Shown one piece after another: positions 13,901 to 23,134 of a stretch of DNA of 64,000 nt. Each line of letters begins with the position of its first letter. Position 1 is the first letter of the stretch. The position numbers and the translations under genes were made by a program. The notes under the pieces are model-generated. The model searched no databases. It was given only the letters and a program-made list of their open reading frames with translations, and was not told the DNA's origin. Source of the DNA: Spirogloea muscicola. Taxonomy: Eukaryota. The DNA lies in the NCBI GenBank assembly GCA_009602725.1, contig WELB01000009.1, forward strand, positions 279,480 through 343,479. Reading direction: 5' to 3'.

Positions 13901-15770
13901 TGTGCGGGCGATCGTCCACGGCCGGCCGCCGCCGCCGGACGCCGGCTCTTTGACTGCCTGCGCATGAGCAAGGCCGTGTGCCAGCGGCTTCAAAGGTGGA
14001 GCTACATATCTTGTCTGCGCTGGCCTGACGAAGTGCAACCGTGACTGCCAGTGCAATATGAGGAGGGAAGGAGAGGAAGGAGGGGTCCTGCAGCTGACCG
14101 GCGGCGTGAGTTGCTCGAGGGACGTGAGCAGGAGCCCGACGCGCGTGAGGCGGAAGTCGGAGTCGCCGCGGGCCTCGATGCACCACGGCACGCTCGCGTT
14201 CACGAGCAGCATGGCCAGGAAGGGGTTGCCCTCGCGCGGCAGGCACGCCGCCTCGCCCGCCATGCCGGCCGCCCACGAAGCCACCGGCGGCGCCTGTCCG
14301 CGCCGCTTCTTCCTCCCGCCTCCGCCATCGCCGCTGCCGTCGTTGCCGTCCCCCTCGCTGCCGTCGTCCCACTGCACGTTGTCCTCCGGCTGCACCTTCT
14401 TGGCCAGCTCCAGCTCCCGCCGCGCCTCCTCCTGGATGGCATCGATGTTATCGGCAGAATTCGCGTCTTTCTCCACCGCCTCCTCACCCCGGAACTTCTT
14501 CTGCTTCAGGAGCACGCCTCTGGCACTGCTGCTGTCGCTGTCATCGCCGTCGCCGTAGTCGGCAGTGTTTGGCGAGGTAATGCCTGCCCTCTGCGCAGCC
14601 TTGGCGTTGCCGGTAGCGCCTCTGTCCGCTGGCGCATCTGCCCCCTCAGCATCATCCTCCCTGACTCTGCTGTCACCGTCGCGCTCCCGGGCCTCTTCAT
14701 CGCCTCCACCTCCCTCCACTTCGGCCTCCTCCCCCTCCTCAGCCGCCTCCCTGCGCCCATCGCCGCCCTCCTCACCGCCGCCGCCGCCGCGTGCGCTGCC
14801 CTTGTCGCTCCTCCCCTCCTCCAGCACCGCCGCGCGGCCGCGCCACTCTCTCTCCTTCCTGCTGCCGCCCTCCTCGGTGCCCTCGCCGCCCTCCCTCTCG
14901 CCCTCCTTCTCAGCGGCACCGTCATCATCGTCCTTCGCCGCCGCAACGAAGCCCTCGTCCTCTGAGCCCTCCTCGACGACGCCGCCGCGTCCATCCGCAG
15001 AAGTCTTGGCCTTGCTGACATCCTCTTCATCGCCGGCCGCAGCGTCGCCATCAGTCTCGCCCGCTGTTGCAACATCACCAGCCTCCTTGCCACTCTCCCC
15101 CTCCTCTGCATCGCTGTCCACCGCCTCGTCCCCCTGGACATCGCCGGCAGCGTCGCCGTTCCCGTCGCGCCCAGTTTTGTCGTCACCGCCGCCGCCGAGA
15201 CTTGCCGCGCCGCTCGCCTTCTCCTCCTCCTCCTCTGCCGCATCGCTGTCCTTCGCAGCATTCCCACCGCCCTCCTCGCCCTCCTTGCCGGCCTCCTCCC
15301 CCTCCTCCTCCTCTTCCGCCTCCCCCTTTGCTTCATGCTCCAGCACCACTCCGCCGCCATCGCCGCCACCGCCGCTGTCGTCGTCGCCACCCTCGACGCC
15401 CCCGCCTTCAGCTCCGCCCCCGGCAGCTCTGCCCTCAGCCACAGCGTCGGTCGCGTCGTCCGGCCCCACTTGGGCGCCGGTGCTGGCGGCGACTCCGTCG
15501 CCGTCCTCCACCTTACCGTCTTCCCCTTCGTCGTCAGCCTCGTCCCCAGCTTCGCGCTGCGCGGTCCCGCCGTTCCCCTCGTCTCCTCCCTCCTCCCCCG
15601 CCGCCGCCTCCGGCTCCTCCTCCTGCACTCGCCGGCCCTCTCCTGCAGCCTCTGCGCCGCCACCATGGCCGCCGTCGCCGCCGCCGCCCCGCGGCCGGTC
15701 GTCCGGCTCCTGCGCCAGGAGCTCGTGCTCGCCGCCCTCCTCCCCGGCGCCGTCGTCCGCCGCCGCCGCC
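10914..15770 (-). CDS. GT37 family (xyloglucan/galactoside 2-alpha-L-fucosyltransferase-like) with very long acidic N-terminal stem; start lies in the gap
   Basis: Motifs HYARLHRRC, CRYLLW...GLANRLVSLTSAFLYAILSGRVLLV, WTNQHF...LFPD, VGIQIR, DIWTLAFSDVLLTSPFSTFGYMATALAGIRP and EACYHFPP...CQDF; stop at 10914. The frame stays open through the D/E/G-rich region up to the gap at 15771. Confidence 0.88.
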
Positions 15771-16278
15771 NNNNNNNNNNNNNNNNNNNNNNNNNNNNNN
15801 NNNNNNNNNNNNNNNNNNNNNNNNNNNNNNNNNNNNNNNNNNNNNNNNNNNNNNNNNNNNNNNNNNNNNNNNNNNNNNNNNNNNNNNNNNNNNNNNNNNN
15901 NNNNNNNNNNNNNNNNNNNNNNNNNNNNNNNNNNNNNNNNNNNNNNNNNNNNNNNNNNNNNNNNNNNNNNNNNNNNNNNNNNNNNNNNNNNNNNNNNNNN
16001 NNNNNNNNNNNNNNNNNNNNNNNNNNNNNNNNNNNNNNNNNNNNNNNNNNNNNNNNNNNNNNNNNNNNNNNNNNNNNNNNNNNNNNNNNNNNNNNNNNNN
16101 NNNNNNNNNNNNNNNNNNNNNNNNNNNNNNNNNNNNNNNNNNNNNNNNNNNNNNNNNNNNNNNNNNNNNNNNNNNNNNNNNNNNNNNNNNNNNNNNNNNN
16201 NNNNNNNNNNNNNNNNNNNNNNNNNNNNNNNNNNNNNNNNNNNNNNNNNNNNNNNNNNNNNNNNNNNNNNNNNNNNNN
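15771..16278. other. Assembly gap (N run)
   Basis: Run of N flanked by a GCC tract and a G-rich tract. Confidence 0.99.
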
Positions 16279-16583
16279 GGGCAGGGGGGAGGGTGGAGGG
16301 AGGGGGGAGAGGGGGAGGGCTTGTCTACCATCTGAAACAGGGGAGAGGGAGAGTGGCCGGGAGAGGGAGGTGGGAAGGCGCGGAGGAAGAGGGAGGGAGT
16401 GGAGGGAGGAGGGGGGCGGGCGGAGCCGGGCCCGGGGTGTGAGCTTCCCCCAGCCCCGCGACACTTAAACCTCCGTATCCGTTATAACCCCTTCCCCCCC
16501 TTGGCACTTCAGGCCCCGCTGTAGCTGCTAAACGTAGAAAAGCGCGGCCGAATTGACTGGGGCTGGGCCCAAAACGCTAAACG

Positions 16584-17545
16584 CTTTGCCAGCCCCTCTT
16601 CTCTATGGGCGAGCACTTTCTTGCCCCCATTTGGAGTGCCACTTCTCTTTGCTTGCCTTAGTACTTGGCCACTCAGGCCCTCCATCAATCAACACACACC
16701 CCTTCTGCCTTCTCACAGCCCGCCCCTTCACATTCACACCAGCAGCCGCGTTTCCTTCTGTTTTCTGCTTCATTTTGGGCTGGCCGTTGACCAGCCCTTG
16801 ACGGAAGTGAGCCTCTTCGTTGGGGAGCCACTTTCTCTTTTCTTGATCACAGCCATCGCCTTCGGGTTTCGTCAGGGGCGACGTCTTCCCGCCCTCTAGC
16901 TATTCTGACCTGCACTTGCTGACTAGAGGTTACTGAGAGCCTCCTTGTCGTCTTAGCACTTCGTCCCCTGCTTTCTGCGCCATTCGGCTCCTCTTGACCT
17001 TGTCCATTCCTTTTGGGCTGGCTTCTCCCAGCCACCAGTCAATTCGGCCGCGCTTTTGCTTCCTTGAGAAGAAGTGCCCGCCCATAGAGAAGAGGGGCTG
17101 GCAAAGGAGAAGTGCTCGCTCATAGAGAAGAGTGGCTGGCAAAGCCAGCCCAAAAAGAATGGACATAGAGAAGAGTGGCTGGCAAAGCAGAAGAAAGCCA
17201 GCCCAAAAAACAATGGACAATGTCCAAAGTCAAAGAAAGAGGACTACTCTACCAGCGCAGGCCGAGCTTTGGCGGCGGCCTCCGGCTTCCGTCAGGGCGA
17301 CGTCTTTCCCCCGGCTAGCTACTCAGACTTGCATCTCCTGACTAGAGGTTAATGAGCGTCCTCTGGCTGATCTCTTAGTCCTAGTCCAAAAGGCATGGAC
17401 TGTAGTGTAGTTCTTTTTCGGCACCTCTTTCTTTGGCTTGGGATATTGTCCATTCTTTTTGGGCTGGCTATGCCAGCCACTCTTCTCTATGGGCGAGCAC
17501 TTCATCTACCAGCGGGCTACTCTACCAGCGCGCTCGGCGGGGAGA
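16584..17545. mobile_element. Stack of 3'-terminal fragments of an RLE (CRE-like) non-LTR retrotransposon in both orientations
   Basis: Plus copies ~16848-17060 (coding tail ...DVFPPSSYSDLHLLTRGY*) and ~17258-17500 (AGRALAAASGFRQGDVFPPASYSDLHLLTRG*); isolated 3' motif at 16584-16620; tandem minus-strand 3' motifs at 17074-17230. Confidence 0.75.
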
Positions 17546-18127
17546 AAAGAAAGAAAGGGCTCGCCCATTGAGGATATGGGCTGGAACAGCCAGCCCAAGA
17601 AAAAGAATGAACACAGTTCAAGAAAGGGGCTAATCGAAGCACTGAGGTGAAGCACTAAGAAAGACAAGCACACAAGAAGAAACAAAGCAGCTACTAATCA
17701 CTCAGTAACCCCTGCTAAGCAGTCGCAGGTCAGAGAGACTATGCTCCTGGAAGTATGTCCCCTGGCCAGAGCCAGAGGCAGCAGCGAGGGCTCGGCCGGC
17801 ACGCAGGTGCAGCGCACGGGCCATTGACCTCTGCAGCGAGACGGCCAGGCGCATGCGGTACACCTGGGCGAGCGACCCAGCTGCAGGGAAGTCCACCGGC
17901 TCCCCATGGAAGCGGCGGGCGACGGCGTGACGGGCAAGCTGGTGGAGCAGTTCGAGCCAGCGAGCACCCAACGCCCCGTGTGTGTCGATGGCCAGCGGGA
18001 AGAACTCGTCAGCTGGCGGATGGTCTGCGTACTTGAGTTCTTTGGCACGAGCGGCGCAGGCGACCGCATACCCAGGCTTGGTTGCACACTGGGCTGGGTG
18101 AGATCGGTCAAATGCGTCGGTAGTCAC
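17545..18127 (-). mobile_element. CRE-like non-LTR retrotransposon 3' fragment (RLE domain plus 3' UTR), split by the copia insertion; continues at 23135-23178
   Basis: Rejoining across the TSD gives GGPRLLLDVVTTDAFDRSHPAQCATKPGYAVACAARAKELKYADHPPADEFFPLAIDTHGALG...YRMRLAVSLQRSMA...LSRGY*. This carries the DV, K-x2-KY, FxPxAxDTxG and RLxxxLQR pattern of RLE domains. Confidence 0.8.
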
Positions 18128-18569
18128 TGAAAACCGTCCTGTGCTGCGCGCTCTTGCACCTGACCTGTGTTGTACACGGCGCGCTCAGCATCTGTGTCTC
18201 TCCAGTCTTGCTCCTCCACTGAGCGTCCTCCAGGTCCAGCAGATCGGCCTCGTTGAGGCGGTGGCCCTCGTTGAGACGGCGGCCCAGCAGAGCGACCTCG
18301 TCGCAGCGACTCAGACGCAGATGTACTCATGGTGGTAGACAGACTTGGATCTCAGACAGACAGTCAGACAGCACAGGCTTTGCCCTCACCCAAGGTGGGT
18401 GGCAGCCTGGCTAGGGCGCACGGGCGCACCGCGTGGCCTCAGATGTGGAGAGTGAGCACGACGGGTGCCCGAGGCCTCCCTTATCCAGGGGAGACTCTCA
18501 GGGCCCAATAGACGGGCGGGATGGTCACTCACCCCGACCCGCCGATGCAACATATTACAATATTCAACA
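18128..18569 (-). repeat. 3' LTR of the copia element
   Basis: 442-bp direct repeat of 22693-23134; I count 6 substitutions by eye. Confidence 0.97.
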
Positions 18570-18577
18570 CTCCCACT
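18570..18577 (-). other. Short polypurine tract (AGTGGGAG) overlapping the gag-pol stop codon
   Basis: Minus strand reads TAGTGGGAG immediately followed by TGTTG of the 3' LTR. Confidence 0.75.
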
Positions 18578-21500
18578 AAATATGTGAATCAGCCAGACCT
18601 AGCAAACTTCTACATCTATCATACTCGGGCTTAAACAAGCCCTTGGTCAGAAGATCTGCAGTCATATCTGCTGAACTACAGTGCTGCATCTTGATGACTC
18701 CTTCGTCTACCTTCTCTCGGATGAAATGATGTTGTATCTCAATATGCTTAGTACGAGCATGATAGACTGGATTCTTAATCAAAGCAATGCTACCTTGACT
18801 GTCGCTGAACAAAGTGGTTGCGCTCGATGAAGAGAGGAATCCACATTCTTGTAGTAGTCTCCTCAGCCAGATTGCTTCTCTTGCTGCTGCAGTCGTTGCC
18901 ATGTACTCCGCTTCAACAGTTGAAGTCGCCACAGTCGGCTGTTTCCTACTACTCCAACTGACTGTTCCTGCTCCCAACTGGAAAGCATAACCTGTTACTG
19001 ACTTTCTATCATCCAGACTGCGTCCCAAGTCAGCATCACAAAATCCCACCGGTTCATCAGATTTATCTCCTGTATTTCTAAATGTCAAACACAGAGTCTT
19101 GCTTCCCTGCAGATATCGCATGATTCTCTTGACAGCTTTCCAATGCTCAACACCAGGATCTTGCACAAACTGAGCAACCACTCCCACTGCTGCTGCTATG
19201 TCTGGACGTGCTGCCACAGCTATGTACATCAAACATCCCACTGCCTCCCTGTAAGGCACCTGTGCCATCTTCTGTCTATCTCGATTTGTCTTGGGTCCCT
19301 GATCCTTGCTCAAATTCTGTTTAGTATCCTGTGGGGTAGAGATAGGGTTGCAGTCTTGCATACCAAATCTGTCCAAGACTTCAGTAATGTACTTCGACAA
19401 ACTCAAGGTCAGTATCCTCTGGCTTCTATCTCTCTTGATTTGAATACCCAAAAAATACTCCAAGGGCCCAAGATCCTTCATCTTGAATCTACTACTCAGC
19501 TCTTGCTTTACTCTCTTCACTTTAGTAGCTGAATCTCCCAGTAAGATCAGATCATCAATATACAGTGCTAGAACCACCTTAGCAGGTTTCTCCCTCACAT
19601 ACACACTGTGATCAGCCTCAGATCTCTTGAAACCTTGGTTCAGTAGGAAAGTGTCAATCTGTGCATACCAGGCCCTGGGCGCCTGTTTAAGCCCATACAG
19701 CGCTTTCTTCAGCTTGCACACTTGACTCTCCTTGCCCTTCACCTCAAAACCTGCAGGCTGTTGCATGTAGATCTCTTCCTCAAGATCACCATTCAAGAAT
19801 GCTGTGGTGACGTCCATCTGCTCAATTTCCAAATCATGAATAGCTGCCATAGCCAGCAAACTTCTGACAGCACTATTCTTAACCACTGGAGCAAATGTCT
19901 CATTGTAGTCAATCCCTTCCTTCTGAGCACAGCCTTTAGCAACAAGGCGTGCTTTATACCGATCGACAGACCCATCACCCTTCAGTTTGATCTTGAACAC
20001 CCATTTGCTGGGTATCGCCTTCCTGCCAGCAGGTAACTCTACCAAATCCCAAGTCTTGTTCTCCTTGATAGAATCTAGTTCTGCCTCTGCTGCTGCTTTC
20101 CACTTGAGTGCTGCATCACTACTCATGGCCTCTTGCATTGTGAGAGGCTCATGTAACACTACAGCAGCTAAAGCACGAATATCTGTCCTAGATACTCCAA
20201 ATGGAGCAGCATTCTCCTCCAGGTCTTCACCTCCTGCCCTTGCTTCCACTCCATCACCAGATTCAGACCCTGCTTCCACAGTATTCACAATGTCAGGCTC
20301 TTCAGATACAGGCCACCATTGCATGTCTCCCACTGTCTCAGAAGGCCGTAACGGAAATGCAGAATAATCTGGACCTCTCTGCTCATCAAACACTACATCT
20401 CTGCTGAAGATCATCCTCCTGTTCTCAAGATCAAACATTTTCCACGCTTTCACGTGTTCACCATATCCTACCATAACACACTGACGAGCCTTGGATTGCA
20501 ACTTGTGTCTCATCTCAGTAGGAACATGCACCCACGCAGAACAACCAAATACTCTAAGATGAGCAACTGTAGGTTTCTTGCCAGTCCAGACCTCCTGTGG
20601 CGTCATGCCTTCTACTGCACTAGTAGGCATTCTATTCTTCAGATAAACGGCCGTTGCGACTGCTTCAGCCCAGAATTCTGATGGTGTATACAAATGGAAC
20701 AGTAAGCACCTTGCAATCTCCATAACGGATCTATTCCACCTCTCCGCCACACCATTCTGCTGAGGACGATAGGTCGCTGTCAACTGCCTGTGTATGCCCT
20801 GTTGCTGACAGAACCGTTCAAACTCCTTAGAAGTATATTCTCCACCATTATCAGATCTAAGAGCCTTAAGCTTCTTCCCTGTCTGCAACTCAACTGCAGC
20901 TTTGAAACGCATGAACTTGTCCAACACTTCACTCTTGTTTTTCAGAAAGTAAACCTTGCTCCATCGACTGGCATCATCAATGAAGGACAAAATATATCTG
21001 CTGCCCCCTAAAGATGGTACTTGCATAGGGCCACAGACATCAGAATGCACCAGCTCCAGAAGCGTAGAAGCTCTAAAGTGCTCACCAGCAAGCGGTTGTT
21101 GAAGATGAAGTTTACCCTGAACACAACTCCGGCAGAAGTCGGGTTCAACATCTCTTACAAAAGGTTCGACTCCATGCACCAGGTTCTTGAGCTTCTTCAT
21201 CCTCTGAATATTTGGATGACCCAGTCGAGCATGCCATTGCTCAAAAGTATTTTTATCAGATTCAGAAACATTAACACTGCCCTGGACCTGTATAGGGTTC
21301 TGCACCTGCTTCTGTGTCTGCACCTGTCCGTCCAAGGTGAACAGGTCACCTGACCTGCGTCCTGTCAGAATTGGAGCGCCAGACTTGCTGATTGTACAGA
21401 CATTGCCGGCAAAGGCAACATAGTAGCCCTTGTCTAAAAGTTGCGAGACAGATAGGAGGTTCGATGTCAAACCAGGGGCATGATAGACATCCTTCAGGAG

Positions 21501-22895
21501 TTGTGTCTCAGTGCCATGAAGAGTAGGCACTTGCAGCTGCACTTCTCCTTTCCCAACGGCTGGCTGCACACTATCATCACCCAGATGGATGTCAAAATCC
21601 GGAACAGACTGGTAGTTCTGGAGCCAGTCTCGCCTGTAGGTGAGATGATGAGATGCTCCGCTGTCAATCAGCCAGCTATCAGAATTCGACCTGTCAGCCT
21701 GTCTGGACAGATGTGCCTCTCCCTCAGCATAGCTGCCTCTGCCTCTCCTACGATTACCACCAGAGCCCAGAGCCCTCTTCTTGGGGCAATCGTTGATAAC
21801 ATGACCTGGTTCACGGCAGTAGAAACAGATTCTAGGATACAGTGGATTCCTGTTCCACCCTGCAAACTGATCTTCATTCAGACGACTACTGCCACCAGTC
21901 CCGCTGCGAGCAACAGTTGGCTGATGAAGCCTTGATTGATTCAAGTGATGCCGGAGGTCTTGCTCAGAGTTGCGTCTAGCCAGCAGCGCTGCTTGTGAAC
22001 CTGTCAGAGAGCCTATGAGAGAACCTGTCAGAGAACCTGTGTTTACAGAACCTGTCAGAGGTCCTAGGGGATACCCTGTCAGAGTCCCTGTCAGATGGCG
22101 GTGTTGCTCCTCCAATGCTCGCTCCTTATGAAGGAGTCGAGCCAGCACAGATTCGACAGTCAGGTTGTCAGCGCTGACCATCTGCAATGTATCTCTAACA
22201 GTATCATACGCAGGCGGGAGTCCCATAAGTATGGCCAGAACTTGGAAGCGGACTGGAACCTCCTCGCCGATGTCATGCAGTTGAAGGGCCAGTGATGTCA
22301 CCCTGCCTACAAATGCCTGAATGGACTCAGCCTCCTCCTTTCTGCACTCGCGCAAGCGCATGCTGAGATAGTAAGCCCTGTCAGTGCCGCAGTTCTCAAA
22401 CTTGTCCTTGAGATACTCCCAGATGCCACTAGCCAGAGACAGGTTGACAAAACCTATCACCTCTTCATCATCCACATTGGCGGCAAGAATTGCTGAAGCT
22501 ACGACATTCTCACGAGAGAAGGGCCGACAAAGCCCTCGATCAGCTGAAGGCTCTACAGCCTCCCAGACATTCTGAAATTGGAGCATCTTCTTCATCCTGT
22601 ACTTCCAAACTAACCAGTTTGCATCTCGGCCAAGCTTCGGAGTCGGAACAGGAATCGAACCCAGAGAACCCCCGAGGGGTGGGCCCATGACCTGAAAACC
22701 GTCCTGTGCTGCGCGCTCTTGCACCTGACCTGTGTTGTACACGGCGCGCTCAGCATCTGTGTCTCTCCGGTCTTGCTCCTCCACTGAGCGTCCTCCAGGT
22801 CCAGCAGATCGGCCTCGTTGAGGCGGTGGCCCTCGTTGAGACGGCGGCCCAGCAGAGCGACCTCGTCGCAGCGACTCAGACGCAGATGTACTCAT
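18576..22895 (-). CDS. Copia Gag-Pol polyprotein, 1439 aa, intact
   Basis: Zn knuckle CFYCREPGHVINDC; protease WLIDSGASHH; WHARLGH...CRSC; integrase HSDVCGP, RSDNGGEY, QQNGVAER; RT QMDVTTAFLNG, LYGLKQAPRAW, YIDD; RNase H CDAD, SWSSRKQ, TKHIEIQHHFIRE. Confidence 0.98.
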   Translation of the reverse strand: MSTSASESLRRGRSAGPPSQRGPPPQRGRSAGPGGRSVEEQDRRDTDAERAVYNTGQVQERAAQDGFQVMGPPLGGSLGSIPVPTPKLGRDANWLVWKYRMKKMLQFQNVWEAVEPSADRGLCRPFSRENVVASAILAANVDDEEVIGFVNLSLASGIWEYLKDKFENCGTDRAYYLSMRLRECRKEEAESIQAFVGRVTSLALQLHDIGEEVPVRFQVLAILMGLPPAYDTVRDTLQMVSADNLTVESVLARLLHKERALEEQHRHLTGTLTGYPLGPLTGSVNTGSLTGSLIGSLTGSQAALLARRNSEQDLRHHLNQSRLHQPTVARSGTGGSSRLNEDQFAGWNRNPLYPRICFYCREPGHVINDCPKKRALGSGGNRRRGRGSYAEGEAHLSRQADRSNSDSWLIDSGASHHLTYRRDWLQNYQSVPDFDIHLGDDSVQPAVGKGEVQLQVPTLHGTETQLLKDVYHAPGLTSNLLSVSQLLDKGYYVAFAGNVCTISKSGAPILTGRRSGDLFTLDGQVQTQKQVQNPIQVQGSVNVSESDKNTFEQWHARLGHPNIQRMKKLKNLVHGVEPFVRDVEPDFCRSCVQGKLHLQQPLAGEHFRASTLLELVHSDVCGPMQVPSLGGSRYILSFIDDASRWSKVYFLKNKSEVLDKFMRFKAAVELQTGKKLKALRSDNGGEYTSKEFERFCQQQGIHRQLTATYRPQQNGVAERWNRSVMEIARCLLFHLYTPSEFWAEAVATAVYLKNRMPTSAVEGMTPQEVWTGKKPTVAHLRVFGCSAWVHVPTEMRHKLQSKARQCVMVGYGEHVKAWKMFDLENRRMIFSRDVVFDEQRGPDYSAFPLRPSETVGDMQWWPVSEEPDIVNTVEAGSESGDGVEARAGGEDLEENAAPFGVSRTDIRALAAVVLHEPLTMQEAMSSDAALKWKAAAEAELDSIKENKTWDLVELPAGRKAIPSKWVFKIKLKGDGSVDRYKARLVAKGCAQKEGIDYNETFAPVVKNSAVRSLLAMAAIHDLEIEQMDVTTAFLNGDLEEEIYMQQPAGFEVKGKESQVCKLKKALYGLKQAPRAWYAQIDTFLLNQGFKRSEADHSVYVREKPAKVVLALYIDDLILLGDSATKVKRVKQELSSRFKMKDLGPLEYFLGIQIKRDRSQRILTLSLSKYITEVLDRFGMQDCNPISTPQDTKQNLSKDQGPKTNRDRQKMAQVPYREAVGCLMYIAVAARPDIAAAVGVVAQFVQDPGVEHWKAVKRIMRYLQGSKTLCLTFRNTGDKSDEPVGFCDADLGRSLDDRKSVTGYAFQLGAGTVSWSSRKQPTVATSTVEAEYMATTAAAREAIWLRRLLQECGFLSSSSATTLFSDSQGSIALIKNPVYHARTKHIEIQHHFIREKVDEGVIKMQHCSSADMTADLLTKGLFKPEYDRCRSLLGLADSHI
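22678..22692 (-). promoter_or_regulatory. Primer binding site complementary to the internal anticodon region of tRNA-iMet (half-tRNA type)
   Basis: Minus strand directly after the 5' LTR reads GGTCATGGGCCCACC. The plus strand GGTGGGCCCATGACC matches plant tRNA-iMet GGTGGGCCCATAACC (recalled from memory) at 14 of 15 positions. Confidence 0.85.
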
Positions 22896-23134
22896 GGTGG
22901 TAGACAGACTTGGATCTCAGACAGGCAGTCAGACAGCACAGGCTTTGCCCTCACCCAAGGTGGGTGGCAGCCTGGCGAGGGCGCACGGGCGCACCGCGCG
23001 GCCTCAGATGTGGAGAGTGAGCACGGCGGGTGCCCGAGGCCTCCCTTATCCAGGGGAGACTCTCAGGGCCCAATAGACGGGCGGGATGGTCACCCACCCC
23101 GACCCGCCGATGCAACATATTACAATATTCAACA
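22693..23134 (-). repeat. 5' LTR of the copia element (contains the first in-frame ATG at 22895)
   Basis: 442-bp repeat, TGTTG...TTTTCA on the minus strand, followed by the PBS. Confidence 0.97.

Larger units (their letters stand above)
18128..23134 (-). mobile_element. Full-length Ty1/copia LTR retrotransposon, 5007 bp
   Basis: Two 442-bp TG...CA LTRs, 5-bp TSD GTCAC (18123-18127 and 23135-23139), PBS, PPT and a single intact gag-pol ORF with domain order PR-IN-RT-RH. Confidence 0.98.

Noticed and set aside
14565..15770. Long plus-strand Ser/Pro-rich ORF resembling an extensin or hydroxyproline-rich glycoprotein
   Set aside because: It is the antisense shadow of the acidic E/D/G frame that splices into the GT37 domain; GC-rich DNA has few stops.
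16777..16800. GGCTGGCCG-TTGACCAGCC resembles Y RNA termini; other copies begin GGCTGGCTTT like vault RNA
   Set aside because: It is too short, has no internal domain or Pol III promoter elements, and is explained as a variant of the retrotransposon 3' hairpin.
18124..18330. 68-aa ORF duplicating the Gag N-terminus
   Set aside because: It is only the 3' LTR copy of the LTR-encoded start, not an independent gene.
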